A DNA stretch of 64,000 bases, taken from assembly GCA_934162425.1 (NCBI GenBank), contig CAKPIS010000001.1, forward strand, positions 158,034 to 222,033, given 5' to 3'. The notes under the pieces are model-generated. The model was not told the origin of the DNA. It saw only the letters and a program-made list of their open reading frames with translations, and made no database searches. The DNA is from an uncultured Bacilli bacterium. Its GTDB lineage: Bacteria; Bacillota_I; Bacilli_A; RF39; UBA660. Shown here one piece after another: positions 9,615-19,280 of this stretch (position 1 is its first letter; every line of letters starts with the position of its first letter). The position numbers were made by a program, and so were the translations under genes.

Positions 9615-10116
9615 TTTTAGTTAATGGAAATATTCTATATGATACACTTCCTAATATATCTTCTTTTTTAATTAAACCAAGTATTCTAGAGTCAGCTGAA
9701 TTACTTCTATTATCACCAACTACGAAATACATATCTCCTGGTATATTTAAATATCCAAGTGTTTCTAATTTAAAATCATCAGTACCAGTTTTGCCATAGG
9801 TATCTTCTATTAAAAAACCATCAATATATAAATTCCCATCTTTATATTCAACATGTTCTCCAGGAAGTCCAATTACTCTTTTAATAAGTTTTTCACCATT
9901 ATACTTAAGTACAACTACATCAAATCTTTTAATATCATTTAGTTTATAATCAAGTTTATTTAATATAACTACATTATTATTATAAAGTGTATCTTCCATT
10001 GATTGTCCATCAACTACAGCTGGAGTTACTATAAAGCTTCTAATTAATACAACTACTATAACTACTATAATATATGGATATATTTTTTTTATTAATTCTT
10101 TAGTTTTTCTACTCAT
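9598..10116 (-). CDS. lepB: Signal peptidase I.
   Basis: Start corrected to ATG 10116 (GGAGGT RBS 5 nt upstream); the track's earlier start (10188) adds 24 residues. TM anchor, catalytic Ser box (GQSMEDTL) and Lys box (KRVIGLPGE), and a GDNRSNSADSR motif. Confidence 0.85.
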   Translation of the reverse strand: MSRKTKELIKKIYPYIIVVIVVVLIRSFIVTPAVVDGQSMEDTLYNNNVVILNKLDYKLNDIKRFDVVVLKYNGEKLIKRVIGLPGEHVEYKDGNLYIDGFLIEDTYGKTGTDDFKLETLGYLNIPGDMYFVVGDNRSNSADSRILGLIKKEDILGSVSYRIFPLTKIGRVK

Positions 10117-10207
10117 ATTTGACCTCCAAATATTAAATATCATACTAATACTTATTTTATCACGCTGTAATTTTAATGTAAATACCAAAAAAACTAAAGC
10201 ATAAGCT

Positions 10208-10546
10208 CTAGTTTCTTTCTTTTAACTTAAATTGACCAACTACATCTCTTGCATAGTATAACTTAGCTCTTCTAGCTTTACCTTTTCTAGTTACTTTAAT
10301 AAAGTCTAGTTTTGGTGAATGAACTGGAAATGTTCTTTCAACACCAACACCACTAGATATTTTACGTACTGTAAAAGTTTCAGATATACCACTACCTTTA
10401 CGAGAAATAACTATTCCTTCGTAAGCTTGTACTCTTTCTTTTTTACCTTCAATAATCTTAACACCAACATTAACAGTGTCACCAACTCTAAATTCAGGTA
10501 TAGTTGGGTTTAGTTGTTCACTTGTAATTTTTTCAATTTTGTTCAT
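10208..10546 (-). CDS. rplS: 50S ribosomal protein L19.
   Basis: 112 aa. Typical L19 sequence ([11 protein letters not shown]...[12 protein letters not shown]). Confidence 0.95.
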   Translation of the reverse strand: MNKIEKITSEQLNPTIPEFRVGDTVNVGVKIIEGKKERVQAYEGIVISRKGSGISETFTVRKISSGVGVERTFPVHSPKLDFIKVTRKGKARRAKLYYARDVVGQFKLKERN

Positions 10547-10652
10547 AATTTTCTAGTCTCCCTTTCATATATATATAACCAGCAATCATGCATAAATAAT
10601 TTAAAAGTTTGTATCGGATTGCTTTTTGAACATTATGATTTTAACACAATAT

Positions 10653-11552
10653 TTATTTTTGTGCAAGTTTTATTTTACTTTCATTTAACTTTTTATCATC
10701 TTCATACCTTTTATTTTGATTTAGTCCAGATACTATTTTATTTATTAAAGATATTTTAAATGACTCACTCATATCATCTAATGATGATATAGCATATAAA
10801 AATTCTTCTGCTGTTTTAAATCTATTAATTAATGAAGCATCTATATCCGCTACTGCATGTAACATATAATATGCATCACCTAATTCAAAAATTTTATCAG
10901 TTAATTTAGCTATGTCTGCACCTATTATATCCTTAGCAAATAAATATATATAATGAGAATTATTAGTACTTATTAATTTTTCTTCTAACTTTTTAACGTC
11001 AAACGAATTACTTTTACTAGCATAATCATATATTAACTTAGCATCTAAACTTTCTAAAGCAACGTTTTGTATATATGATTCATTAACTATATTTGAATTA
11101 ACATAATTATAATGAACAAGCATTTTAACAAATGAAATTCTTCGTTCTTTAGATTTAGCAAGTTTATTTATAATGTATTCTTCATCTATTAAGTTCTTAT
11201 TATATAAGTAAATTATAACAGATGAATCATTATAATAATAATCAAAACACATATTTACTAATTTTTCTAATTTATCTTTTGATATACAAGATATAAATGA
11301 ATTAATATAAAGAAGTCTAGCTAAATAAGTAGTTGCGTTCTTTGATATAAAGTAATCTGCTATTTTATCTAAATTTTCTTTCTTAGAAAATAGAGGAACT
11401 GATGCAACTATAGTTTTTTTATTATATTTATTTAATAGTTCATCTAATAAATCATCTTCATCATATTTACCATTTAACTTATTTACTATTTCATCACAAC
11501 TTTTAGCTTTACATATTATTTTATTAATTATATATTTATCATGTTTATTCAT
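10653..11552 (-). CDS. Hypothetical helical protein (ORFan) inserted between trmD and rplS.
   Basis: 299-aa ORF. No motif recognised. Confidence 0.35.
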   Translation of the reverse strand: MNKHDKYIINKIICKAKSCDEIVNKLNGKYDEDDLLDELLNKYNKKTIVASVPLFSKKENLDKIADYFISKNATTYLARLLYINSFISCISKDKLEKLVNMCFDYYYNDSSVIIYLYNKNLIDEEYIINKLAKSKERRISFVKMLVHYNYVNSNIVNESYIQNVALESLDAKLIYDYASKSNSFDVKKLEEKLISTNNSHYIYLFAKDIIGADIAKLTDKIFELGDAYYMLHAVADIDASLINRFKTAEEFLYAISSLDDMSESFKISLINKIVSGLNQNKRYEDDKKLNESKIKLAQK

Positions 11553-11556
11553 AAAT

Positions 11557-12756
11557 CTACCTTCTCTTTGAATTTTCTATTTCATTTACAAGCATACTAT
11601 TTTGAACTGATTTTGCTTTAACAAATTCACTAACTAAAAGATTTATATTTTTAATTATTTTATCCAAATTTTCTTTACCTAAATGCATAGCATAAGTAGA
11701 TATAATAAATGATTTTAACATTTCTGCCTCTCCTAAAACTCTAGAAGTTGCTTCATCATCACTATCATTTAAAGCTAAATTAAATCTATAAGTTAATATA
11801 TTTATCTTCTTCATTATATTTTTAATAGCAGCTTTTTCTATAAATGATTCTTTAACAATTAAAATTCTACTAACAGATCCATCTTTATTTTTAGCTTTAA
11901 GCTTATAACCTGCTATATTTCTAGGTTTTAAAACGGTAACTGCTCTAGTTTTATCATCTTTAAATAAAACAAATTTACCAGTTTTTTTAACTTGTTTTTT
12001 TTCTTTTACTTCTACTACTTTAATATTTTTAATATCATCTGTTAATATTTCATTTCTGCTTCTTTTTAATCCCGTTTTATCAATCTTAGTTTTTTTTGCT
12101 AATAAATCTGGTCTTTTAATAGATGTAATATTTATTTGTTTTTCTTCTCTCCATTTTTTAATAGCAGCATGATTACCAGATAATAAAACATCTGGAACTT
12201 TCATTCCTTTATAATTTCTTGGTTTAGTATATGTTGGATAATCTAATAAATTATTATTAAAAGACTCTTTTAAATGTGATTCTTCTTCAATAACACCAGG
12301 AAGTAGTCTAGTTACTGAATCTGCAATTACCATAGCTGGAAGTTCTCCTCCAGTTAATACATAATCTCCAATAGATATTTCTTCATCACATATATTTTTT
12401 ATTCTCTCATCAAAGCCTTCATAATGACCACAAATAAGAATTAAATGTTCTTCTTTTGATAACTTATAGGCCATACTTTGATCATATTTCTTACCTTGTG
12501 GTGATAATAATATAACTTTAGAATTATCTTTTTTTATTTTTTCGACACAATCAAAGATAGGCTGACACATTAACACCATACCATTGCCACCACCGTATGG
12601 AGTATCATCTACCTTCTTATGTTTATTTAATGAATAATCTCTAAAATTATGCGTATTAATTTCTATTTTTTTGTTATCTATAGCCCTTTTTATTATTGAT
12701 TCACCTTTAAAACCATCAAACATTTCAGGAAAAAGTGTTAAAATATCTATCTTCAT
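11557..12756 (-). CDS. trmD: tRNA (guanine37-N1)-methyltransferase with an unusual ~150-aa C-terminal extension.
   Basis: The N-terminal ~240 aa are canonical TrmD (MKIDILTLFPEMF..., GGGNGMVL, ICGHYEGFDERI, SIGDYVLTGGELPAMV). The ORF continues uninterrupted for ~150 further residues of unknown affinity. Confidence 0.85.
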   Translation of the reverse strand: MKIDILTLFPEMFDGFKGESIIKRAIDNKKIEINTHNFRDYSLNKHKKVDDTPYGGGNGMVLMCQPIFDCVEKIKKDNSKVILLSPQGKKYDQSMAYKLSKEEHLILICGHYEGFDERIKNICDEEISIGDYVLTGGELPAMVIADSVTRLLPGVIEEESHLKESFNNNLLDYPTYTKPRNYKGMKVPDVLLSGNHAAIKKWREEKQINITSIKRPDLLAKKTKIDKTGLKRSRNEILTDDIKNIKVVEVKEKKQVKKTGKFVLFKDDKTRAVTVLKPRNIAGYKLKAKNKDGSVSRILIVKESFIEKAAIKNIMKKINILTYRFNLALNDSDDEATSRVLGEAEMLKSFIISTYAMHLGKENLDKIIKNINLLVSEFVKAKSVQNSMLVNEIENSKRR

Positions 12757-12806
12757 AAAATCACTCCAATTAACAATACAATTATAACACTAAATGCTTA
12801 TAATTC

Positions 12807-13757
12807 CTACTTATTTTTCTTATAATAAGCTATTTTATAAGTATCAATAATTGCTAATTTACTAGCTTTATCTATAGGATCTAATTTAGCATCAGAGTCT
12901 ATATAATTTCTTGTTTCATTCATAATACAAGCAAAATTTTCATCTTCAAAATTAGGAAATCTATCATAAGATAATTTATCTATACTATTTCTTGATATAT
13001 ATCTATTTAACTTTTTAGCTTTTTGATGAACTGGATTCTTTTCTACTTTTAAAATACTATTATATTCATCTATTTTTTCTTTTATTAAGTTAGATATATC
13101 TATCTTATCTCCTTCAATTGCATTTATATAATAATATAAACTTAAATAATTATAAAACTTTTCTTCATCATTTATTACAACATAATTCTTACTTTTAATA
13201 GATGATAAAATATTAGATAAACTATTATACATATAATCTGTTGGAATACTTCTTTTTTCATTATCTTTATATTTTGCAACTATTACATCTGATATAGCAG
13301 CTATAAAACCAGTTGCAGCATCTTTTGCTTTTCTAGATTTAAGTTTACTTTCTAAAACAGAAAAGCATTTATCTAATATGCTTAGTATATCATCTACATT
13401 ATTTAAACTACCAACCTTTTCGTATTTAGATAATTCTTGATAAAACAAAATAGGCATTAATAAATTACCATTAGGATTTAAGTATCCTACTTCTAAACAA
13501 TCTTTTATATATCCTCTTTTAGTATCATCTTTTAAACAATTATATAATCTACTTAAATTAACTCCCTGTTTAAGAATACTTGAATCATCTTTTATTTCAC
13601 CAATCCATTTAATATTTTCATCAATTACCATTAAAAATTTTTTATTAAGTTCACTTATTTTTCTTCCTTGATTAACAGTTAATTCTAAGCATAATTTTGT
13701 TAATTCACCAAGTTTATTTAACTCGTTTAAGTCAACCAATTTCTCATTCTTTTTCAT
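12807..13757 (-). CDS. Hypothetical protein (ORFan) inserted between rimM and trmD.
   Basis: 316-aa ORF with no recognisable motif. Confidence 0.35.
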   Translation of the reverse strand: MKKNEKLVDLNELNKLGELTKLCLELTVNQGRKISELNKKFLMVIDENIKWIGEIKDDSSILKQGVNLSRLYNCLKDDTKRGYIKDCLEVGYLNPNGNLLMPILFYQELSKYEKVGSLNNVDDILSILDKCFSVLESKLKSRKAKDAATGFIAAISDVIVAKYKDNEKRSIPTDYMYNSLSNILSSIKSKNYVVINDEEKFYNYLSLYYYINAIEGDKIDISNLIKEKIDEYNSILKVEKNPVHQKAKKLNRYISRNSIDKLSYDRFPNFEDENFACIMNETRNYIDSDAKLDPIDKASKLAIIDTYKIAYYKKNK

Positions 13758-13871
13758 ATAAAATCCCCCTATACAAGTTTGATATGTTAGCAGAAATACA
13801 TAAAAAAGTCAATTATTACGAAAAAAAACTATTAACAAAATTCATTTGCTAATAGTCTATAAATTTAAAAA

Positions 13872-14420
13872 TTACTTTCTAGTTTTCTTAAGTGTTTTAT
13901 CTTTAGTTTCATCTAAACTATAAGAAACTTCTTTATTATCACTATCATTAGTCTTTTCAAGTTCAAATAACATATCATTTAAAATTTTATCAATATCCAT
14001 CTCATTATTAGATTTTGCTTTTTGTATGGTATTATTTGTAATTGTTTTTACCTTATCTAATTCTTTTTCTTTTCCTTCTTCATCTAATTCTTCTAATCTT
14101 TTTAAAACCATGCCTTTTTTTTCTTTGTTTTCTATTAAGTTTTTAGCACAGTCATAACCAAATTTCATAGCAATTATAACAGTTGGAACTCCAATTATAC
14201 CCCACATTGCATTATTTGATAAATAAGGATTAAATCCTTTTGACAACCCTATATCAGTTAAAAGTGCAATAATTAAAATATATAATGTCACACAACCAAT
14301 ACTCAAAAACACCTCACGTAAATTTTTCGAATCATATGATTCTAACATCTCTTCTAATATCTTTCTACTCTCGGTTTTTTCTAATTCTTCTCTAAAAGAT
14401 CTTTTGTCCTTATTTTTCAT
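13872..14420 (-). CDS. Hypothetical membrane protein (two TM helices plus a charged coiled-coil tail) inserted between rimM and trmD.
   Basis: 182 aa. TM segments VFLSIGCVTLYILIIALL and MWGIIGVPTVIIAM. Confidence 0.35.
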   Translation of the reverse strand: MKNKDKRSFREELEKTESRKILEEMLESYDSKNLREVFLSIGCVTLYILIIALLTDIGLSKGFNPYLSNNAMWGIIGVPTVIIAMKFGYDCAKNLIENKEKKGMVLKRLEELDEEGKEKELDKVKTITNNTIQKAKSNNEMDIDKILNDMLFELEKTNDSDNKEVSYSLDETKDKTLKKTRK

Positions 14421-14536
14421 TAAAATCCCCTCATTTCGGCTATATATAATAGCATTTTTAACGTATTATGTCAAATTTAGCTATCAAACCATCAATAATA
14501 AAAGAAAAGTACTGATATTAAAAAATAACATAAATA

Positions 14537-15019
14537 TTATATAAGTCCTTTAATATTTTTTATAATAATAGTTTTTTTATTTGTGTTAATATTATCTATA
14601 AATTCTTTAACGTATGGTATCATTACATTATTATCTAATACCAAAACTTCATTAGCAGGAGTATCTAAAACTTCTTTTATAATGCCAATATTTTTATTAT
14701 CTATAATGACATTAAAACCAATTAAATCAATAGATAAAAAAGTATTATCATCTAAATGTAAATCATCTTTATTTATATATACTAAAGACCCTTTTAAATA
14801 TTCTACTTTATTTATATCGTAATTATCTTTAAATACTAACATATCAAAATTTTTATGTACTCTATATTTTTCTATTTCAAATTCTTCTTTATCTTTACCA
14901 ATATATACTTTAAACCCTTTAACAAACACTTTATCCTTATATCTAAACTTTGAAAGTAATCTAACTTCTCCTTTAATACCATGAGTATTAACAAGCTTTC
15001 CTATATACAAATAATTCAT
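14537..15019 (-). CDS. rimM: 16S rRNA processing protein RimM.
   Basis: 160 aa. N-terminal YIGKLVNTHGIKGEVRL signature and a PRC-barrel C-terminus. Confidence 0.85.
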   Translation of the reverse strand: MNYLYIGKLVNTHGIKGEVRLLSKFRYKDKVFVKGFKVYIGKDKEEFEIEKYRVHKNFDMLVFKDNYDINKVEYLKGSLVYINKDDLHLDDNTFLSIDLIGFNVIIDNKNIGIIKEVLDTPANEVLVLDNNVMIPYVKEFIDNINTNKKTIIIKNIKGLI

Positions 15020-15748
15020 TTAATTCCTCCTATTTATTTCATACATAATAATAGATGTTGCAACTGCTACATTTAAACTTTCACAATCTTCATTTATATC
15101 AATATATATATTTTTATCAATCATATTTTTAATAGATTTTTCTATTCCTTGACCTTCATTTCCCATTATAACAGCTAATTTACCTGTCTTTAAAACACTA
15201 TTTAAATTTATTCCATTATCTACGTCAGTACCATATACCATATAATTATTTTCTTTTAAATATGGAATAAATTCATTTAAATTTCTTACTATAACATTAA
15301 CTTTAAAAAGCATTCCTCTAGCACTTCTTATAACTTTTTCATTATACTTTTTAACAGAATTTAAACTAAGTACAATAGTATCTATATTAAATGCTTTAGC
15401 ACTTCTTATTATAGTACCTAAATTACCTGGATCTTGCACATCATCTAATATTATTACTTTATCACCTAAGTTTTCTTTTTCTTCTATAAATTTACATATT
15501 CCAACTATACTTGATTTAGATGGAAGAGTACTTATATATTGCATTATTTTATCCGATACTATGTTATTTTTAATATTATAATTAGTATCAAATGTAGAAA
15601 AAGTTTCAAGTAAAACACCAGAAAGAAAAGCTTCTTCAACTAAGTGTTTTCCTTCAATAACAAACTTTTTTTCTTGGTTCATATACTTAGTACTTCTTAA
15701 TTTATTTAAATATTTTATTTTACTATTTTCTTTAGAATCTATTATCAT
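15020..15748 (-). CDS. SpoU/TrmH-family RNA 2'-O-methyltransferase.
   Basis: SPOUT motifs (ILDDVQDPGNLGTIIRSA, VIMGNEGQGI, LNVAVATSIIMYE). Confidence 0.75.
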   Translation of the reverse strand: MIIDSKENSKIKYLNKLRSTKYMNQEKKFVIEGKHLVEEAFLSGVLLETFSTFDTNYNIKNNIVSDKIMQYISTLPSKSSIVGICKFIEEKENLGDKVIILDDVQDPGNLGTIIRSAKAFNIDTIVLSLNSVKKYNEKVIRSARGMLFKVNVIVRNLNEFIPYLKENNYMVYGTDVDNGINLNSVLKTGKLAVIMGNEGQGIEKSIKNMIDKNIYIDINEDCESLNVAVATSIIMYEINRRN

Positions 15749-15750
15749 AA

Positions 15751-16401
15751 CTACTCCTTTAATTCCTTTCTAACTATTTTATATTCAGGGCAATATTTAG
15801 AAACTGTTTGCCAAAATAATCTACTATGATCAAAATGAACAAAGTGAGATAATTCATGTACAATTACATAATTTAAATATTTATGATCTTTTTTTATAAG
15901 TTCTAAATTAAGTGTAACTGAATTATTCTTTCTATTACAAACACCCCATCTTGTCTTCATACTTCTTACCTTTAAATTTGGATAAGGTATTTTTTCATCA
16001 AATGCATAATATGCTTCATCTAAGTATAGTTTAAATACTTCATAAGCTTTTTTCTTATACCATTTTTCTTTCATATTAACATCTTTTACATAAAGTGTAT
16101 TATTATCATATATAGGCTTTTTAACACTACTATATATAACGGTAATATTTTTACCCAAAAGCATGTTTTCTTCTTCTAATTTCTTATCATTATTTTTTAG
16201 TCTTTTATCAATCATATTTTTTATGCTGATAATATTATCTTTTACTACTTTTTCTACCATTTTATTTGTATAAATATATGGACAACTAACATTAATATTT
16301 AAATCATCATCTACTCTAATATATAAATTTTTATTATTTTTTCTTGTTATACATATATCATAATATTTATCATCAATAAGTATATTCATATATATCACCA
16401 T
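15751..16401 (-). CDS. YgjP/DUF45-like zinc metallohydrolase.
   Basis: HEXXH motif in the context VIVHELSHFVHFDHSRLF near the C-terminus. Confidence 0.55.
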   Translation of the reverse strand: MVIYMNILIDDKYYDICITRKNNKNLYIRVDDDLNINVSCPYIYTNKMVEKVVKDNIISIKNMIDKRLKNNDKKLEEENMLLGKNITVIYSSVKKPIYDNNTLYVKDVNMKEKWYKKKAYEVFKLYLDEAYYAFDEKIPYPNLKVRSMKTRWGVCNRKNNSVTLNLELIKKDHKYLNYVIVHELSHFVHFDHSRLFWQTVSKYCPEYKIVRKELKE

Positions 16402-16449
16402 CTTTAATTAACATATTCATTATAATATAACTTTGTTATTTTTTAAAGA

Positions 16450-17005
16450 AAAAATCACTAATAGTGATTCTTAATTTCTAAAATACGGCGCATCACAAAA
16501 CATATTTGAATTAACATTATTATTAGTTCCATTACTAATTACAGTAACATAATTACTATCTAATTTTAAATTATTATAAGTTAATATATAATTAGAGTTT
16601 AATACAAAGTATTTATTTTGTTTTCTTATTGGCTTAAATCGTGAGCTCTGATTTTGATGAGGGGAGATGCTTCATTTAGATTAATTGTTAGCATATTAGT
16701 ATTGCAATCATAAGAATATTCTCCTTGCTGTGCTGCTTGTCCATTAATAGTAACACTTCCAGGTACAAATAAAGCAAGACTTGAATCTATTTGATCAGTT
16801 ATAATTGGATTTTTATATGTTTATCTGTTTGATTATCTAAAGTTATAGTATATGTAAGATTTCCACTACCCTAATTTTCCATACCAGCTTCTTTAATAAG
16901 AGAAATGTCATCAATAACGTTTACAACAGATGTATTAAAAGTTAGAATAGTAGGAATATCATTATAAGTACCAGATGTTTTTGATATATTACTTAATTCA
17001 TTCAT
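16450..17005 (-). pseudogene. Degraded gene remnant. A reverse-strand ATG at 17005 is followed by an ORF broken by several stops.
   Basis: Locally GC-richer stretch (gctgtgctgcttgtcc). The reverse translation MNELSNISKTSGTYNDIPTILTFNTSVVNVIDDISLIKEAGMEN*... is repeatedly interrupted. No intact ORF of 60 aa or more. Confidence 0.3.
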
Positions 17006-17055
17006 AGTAACTTCCTATATATAAATATGAAAATTAAAAAAATGTAGAAATTATT

Positions 17056-17400
17056 CTACATAAAAAATTGAATTACTTTATCTACGCCTATTAAATATAT
17101 AACTAAAGCTGCAATATCAAGTAAAAGTAAGAAAGATAATATAATTATTATAGGAGCTTTACTTCTAGTTTTAACAGGTTCTGTTGGAACATTATCAATA
17201 TTTAAATCAAGTTCTAAAGCTTCATTAGCATCATTATTATCAGTTTTAACATCTTCCATAACAAGCGTATCACTACCTACTTTAGAATTTTTATCATCTA
17301 CTGACACATCATTTTCACTTGTCAAATTAACACTAGGCTTAATATCACTTATTTCACTAACATCATTCATTTCATCTAATACTTCATCTTTATTTTCCAT
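17056..17400 (-). CDS. Acidic protein with a C-terminal transmembrane anchor.
   Basis: Start probably MENKDEVLDEMND at 17400; the track begins at 17433. D/E-rich N-terminus and a C-terminal TM (PIIIILSFLLLLDIAALVIYLIG). Confidence 0.3.
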   Translation of the reverse strand: MENKDEVLDEMNDVSEISDIKPSVNLTSENDVSVDDKNSKVGSDTLVMEDVKTDNNDANEALELDLNIDNVPTEPVKTRSKAPIIIILSFLLLLDIAALVIYLIGVDKVIQFFM

Positions 17401-17445
17401 GATAAGTCCTCCTACTATACTATTAGTATACATTACTTTAAAACT

Positions 17446-18531
17446 TTATTCAAGAACTTTTAATATAATTTCATTAGATACAAATAAATATTTTTTAGGA
17501 ATATATATATATTCTTTTGTTTCTTTTAAATATCCATCTTTAATTAAATCATTTAAATTATATAAATTGTTTATTTTTTTACCATATTTATTAAAAAAAT
17601 GCTTTTTATTTATTCCTGTAGTTTTTCTAAGATTAAGCATAACTTCATCATTAATTAACATATTTTCATCTAATTTTTCAGTATATGTTTTTGTTATTCC
17701 ATCTATATATTTAAATACACTTTTAGTATTATCATATCTAATATTATTAATAAAACCAGAAGCACCAGATCCAAAACCATAATAATTATCATTATTCCAA
17801 TAAGTTAAATTATGTTTAGATTCAAACCCTTTAAGAGCAAAATTACTTATTTCATACTGAGTAAATCCATTTTTCTCTAACTTATTTCTTATTAAATCAT
17901 ACATAGCACTTTGCATCTCGCTATCCACTTCTTTTATGTTTCTTATCTTAAGCATAGTATTATCTTCTATAATAAGTGCATATATACTAACATGTTTAAT
18001 ATCTAGATTACTAATTATATTTAAATCAGAAACTATATCTTCCATCGTTTGACCATATAGAGCATACATTAAATCTATATTTATATTATCAAAGTATTTC
18101 TTACACAAATTAATATTTTTTATCATTTCTTCTTTATCTATTTTTCTACCTAGAATATCTTCAAACTTTTTATTAAAACTTTCTATTCCAATACTTATTC
18201 TATTTACTTTATTTTCTTTTAATATTTTAAGCAGTTTCTCTGTTATATCATCATAGTTACACTCAAAAGTAAATTCATATCTACTTCTTAAATTTATCTT
18301 ATTAGTAATAGAAAATAAGCAATTTAAATTATCATAACTAAGGCAACTAGGAGTTCCACCACCAATATATACTGTCTTTATTTTTTCATTTTTATAATTA
18401 TTTAAAAACTCATTTTTCAATGCAACTAAATACTTACTTACAATATCTTCTTTATAATAATTTTTACAAAAATCGCAATACGAACATATCTTTTTACAAA
18501 AAGGTATATGAAAATAAATGCTTTCTATCAT
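17446..18531 (-). CDS. hemW: Radical-SAM heme chaperone HemW (coproporphyrinogen-III-oxidase-like).
   Basis: CX3CX2C radical-SAM motif (CKKICSYCDFC). 361 aa. It lies next to lepA, as is typical of Firmicutes. Confidence 0.85.
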   Translation of the reverse strand: MIESIYFHIPFCKKICSYCDFCKNYYKEDIVSKYLVALKNEFLNNYKNEKIKTVYIGGGTPSCLSYDNLNCLFSITNKINLRSRYEFTFECNYDDITEKLLKILKENKVNRISIGIESFNKKFEDILGRKIDKEEMIKNINLCKKYFDNINIDLMYALYGQTMEDIVSDLNIISNLDIKHVSIYALIIEDNTMLKIRNIKEVDSEMQSAMYDLIRNKLEKNGFTQYEISNFALKGFESKHNLTYWNNDNYYGFGSGASGFINNIRYDNTKSVFKYIDGITKTYTEKLDENMLINDEVMLNLRKTTGINKKHFFNKYGKKINNLYNLNDLIKDGYLKETKEYIYIPKKYLFVSNEIILKVLE

Positions 18532-19253
18532 GACATAAACCTTATTTTTTTAGAATTTACTAGTATATTTTCATTATAATCAGTAAATATATTATCACAA
18601 TATTTTTTTATTAAATGTTCATCTTTAATTATTTCATTATTTAAATATACAACTAATAAATCATTAATAACTACTTCGTTAGATAAGTTAAAGTTTTTAT
18701 CAAGAAATAATCTTAAAATCAAAGGATCACTATATTTATTATTACGTAATATATAAAATGCATCATAACTATCATCACAAGTTTCACTAAAATTTATAAA
18801 ATTATAATTTAAAGACAGATATTTATCATTACTTACATTATAAATCCTAGTACCATCTAATTCACATTCTATTATATTTTCATCATCTATAATAAAACAT
18901 GAATATATTTGTTTAATAGGATTTATTGGTATAAAATCATTTTCTTCTTTTCTAAATTTAACGTTATTTAAATCTATAACATAGTTTCTTTTATCTCTAG
19001 TTTCATATAATGCCTTATCATTATTAAAATATATTATATTAATATTATATGTGCAATCAATATAATCTTCTAATGTAACAATTTCTTTTCTAAAAGGTAT
19101 TACACCATTTTTATTACTATCACACGTACCTGTTATAACTTCTATTTTATCATCACTTAGTTTTCTTACATTATATACTTCATAAAATTTTTTATTACTA
19201 TCTATATCTATAAAAGCTAATATATCATTATTTTTAACTGATAATTTTTTCAT
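18528..19253 (-). CDS. Hypothetical protein (ORFan) inserted between lepA and hemW.
   Basis: 241-aa ORF. It overlaps the hemW start by 4 nt. Confidence 0.35.
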   Translation of the reverse strand: MKKLSVKNNDILAFIDIDSNKKFYEVYNVRKLSDDKIEVITGTCDSNKNGVIPFRKEIVTLEDYIDCTYNINIIYFNNDKALYETRDKRNYVIDLNNVKFRKEENDFIPINPIKQIYSCFIIDDENIIECELDGTRIYNVSNDKYLSLNYNFINFSETCDDSYDAFYILRNNKYSDPLILRLFLDKNFNLSNEVVINDLLVVYLNNEIIKDEHLIKKYCDNIFTDYNENILVNSKKIRFMS

Positions 19254-19280
19254 TTTTCCCCCTAAAAAATATATAAATAA

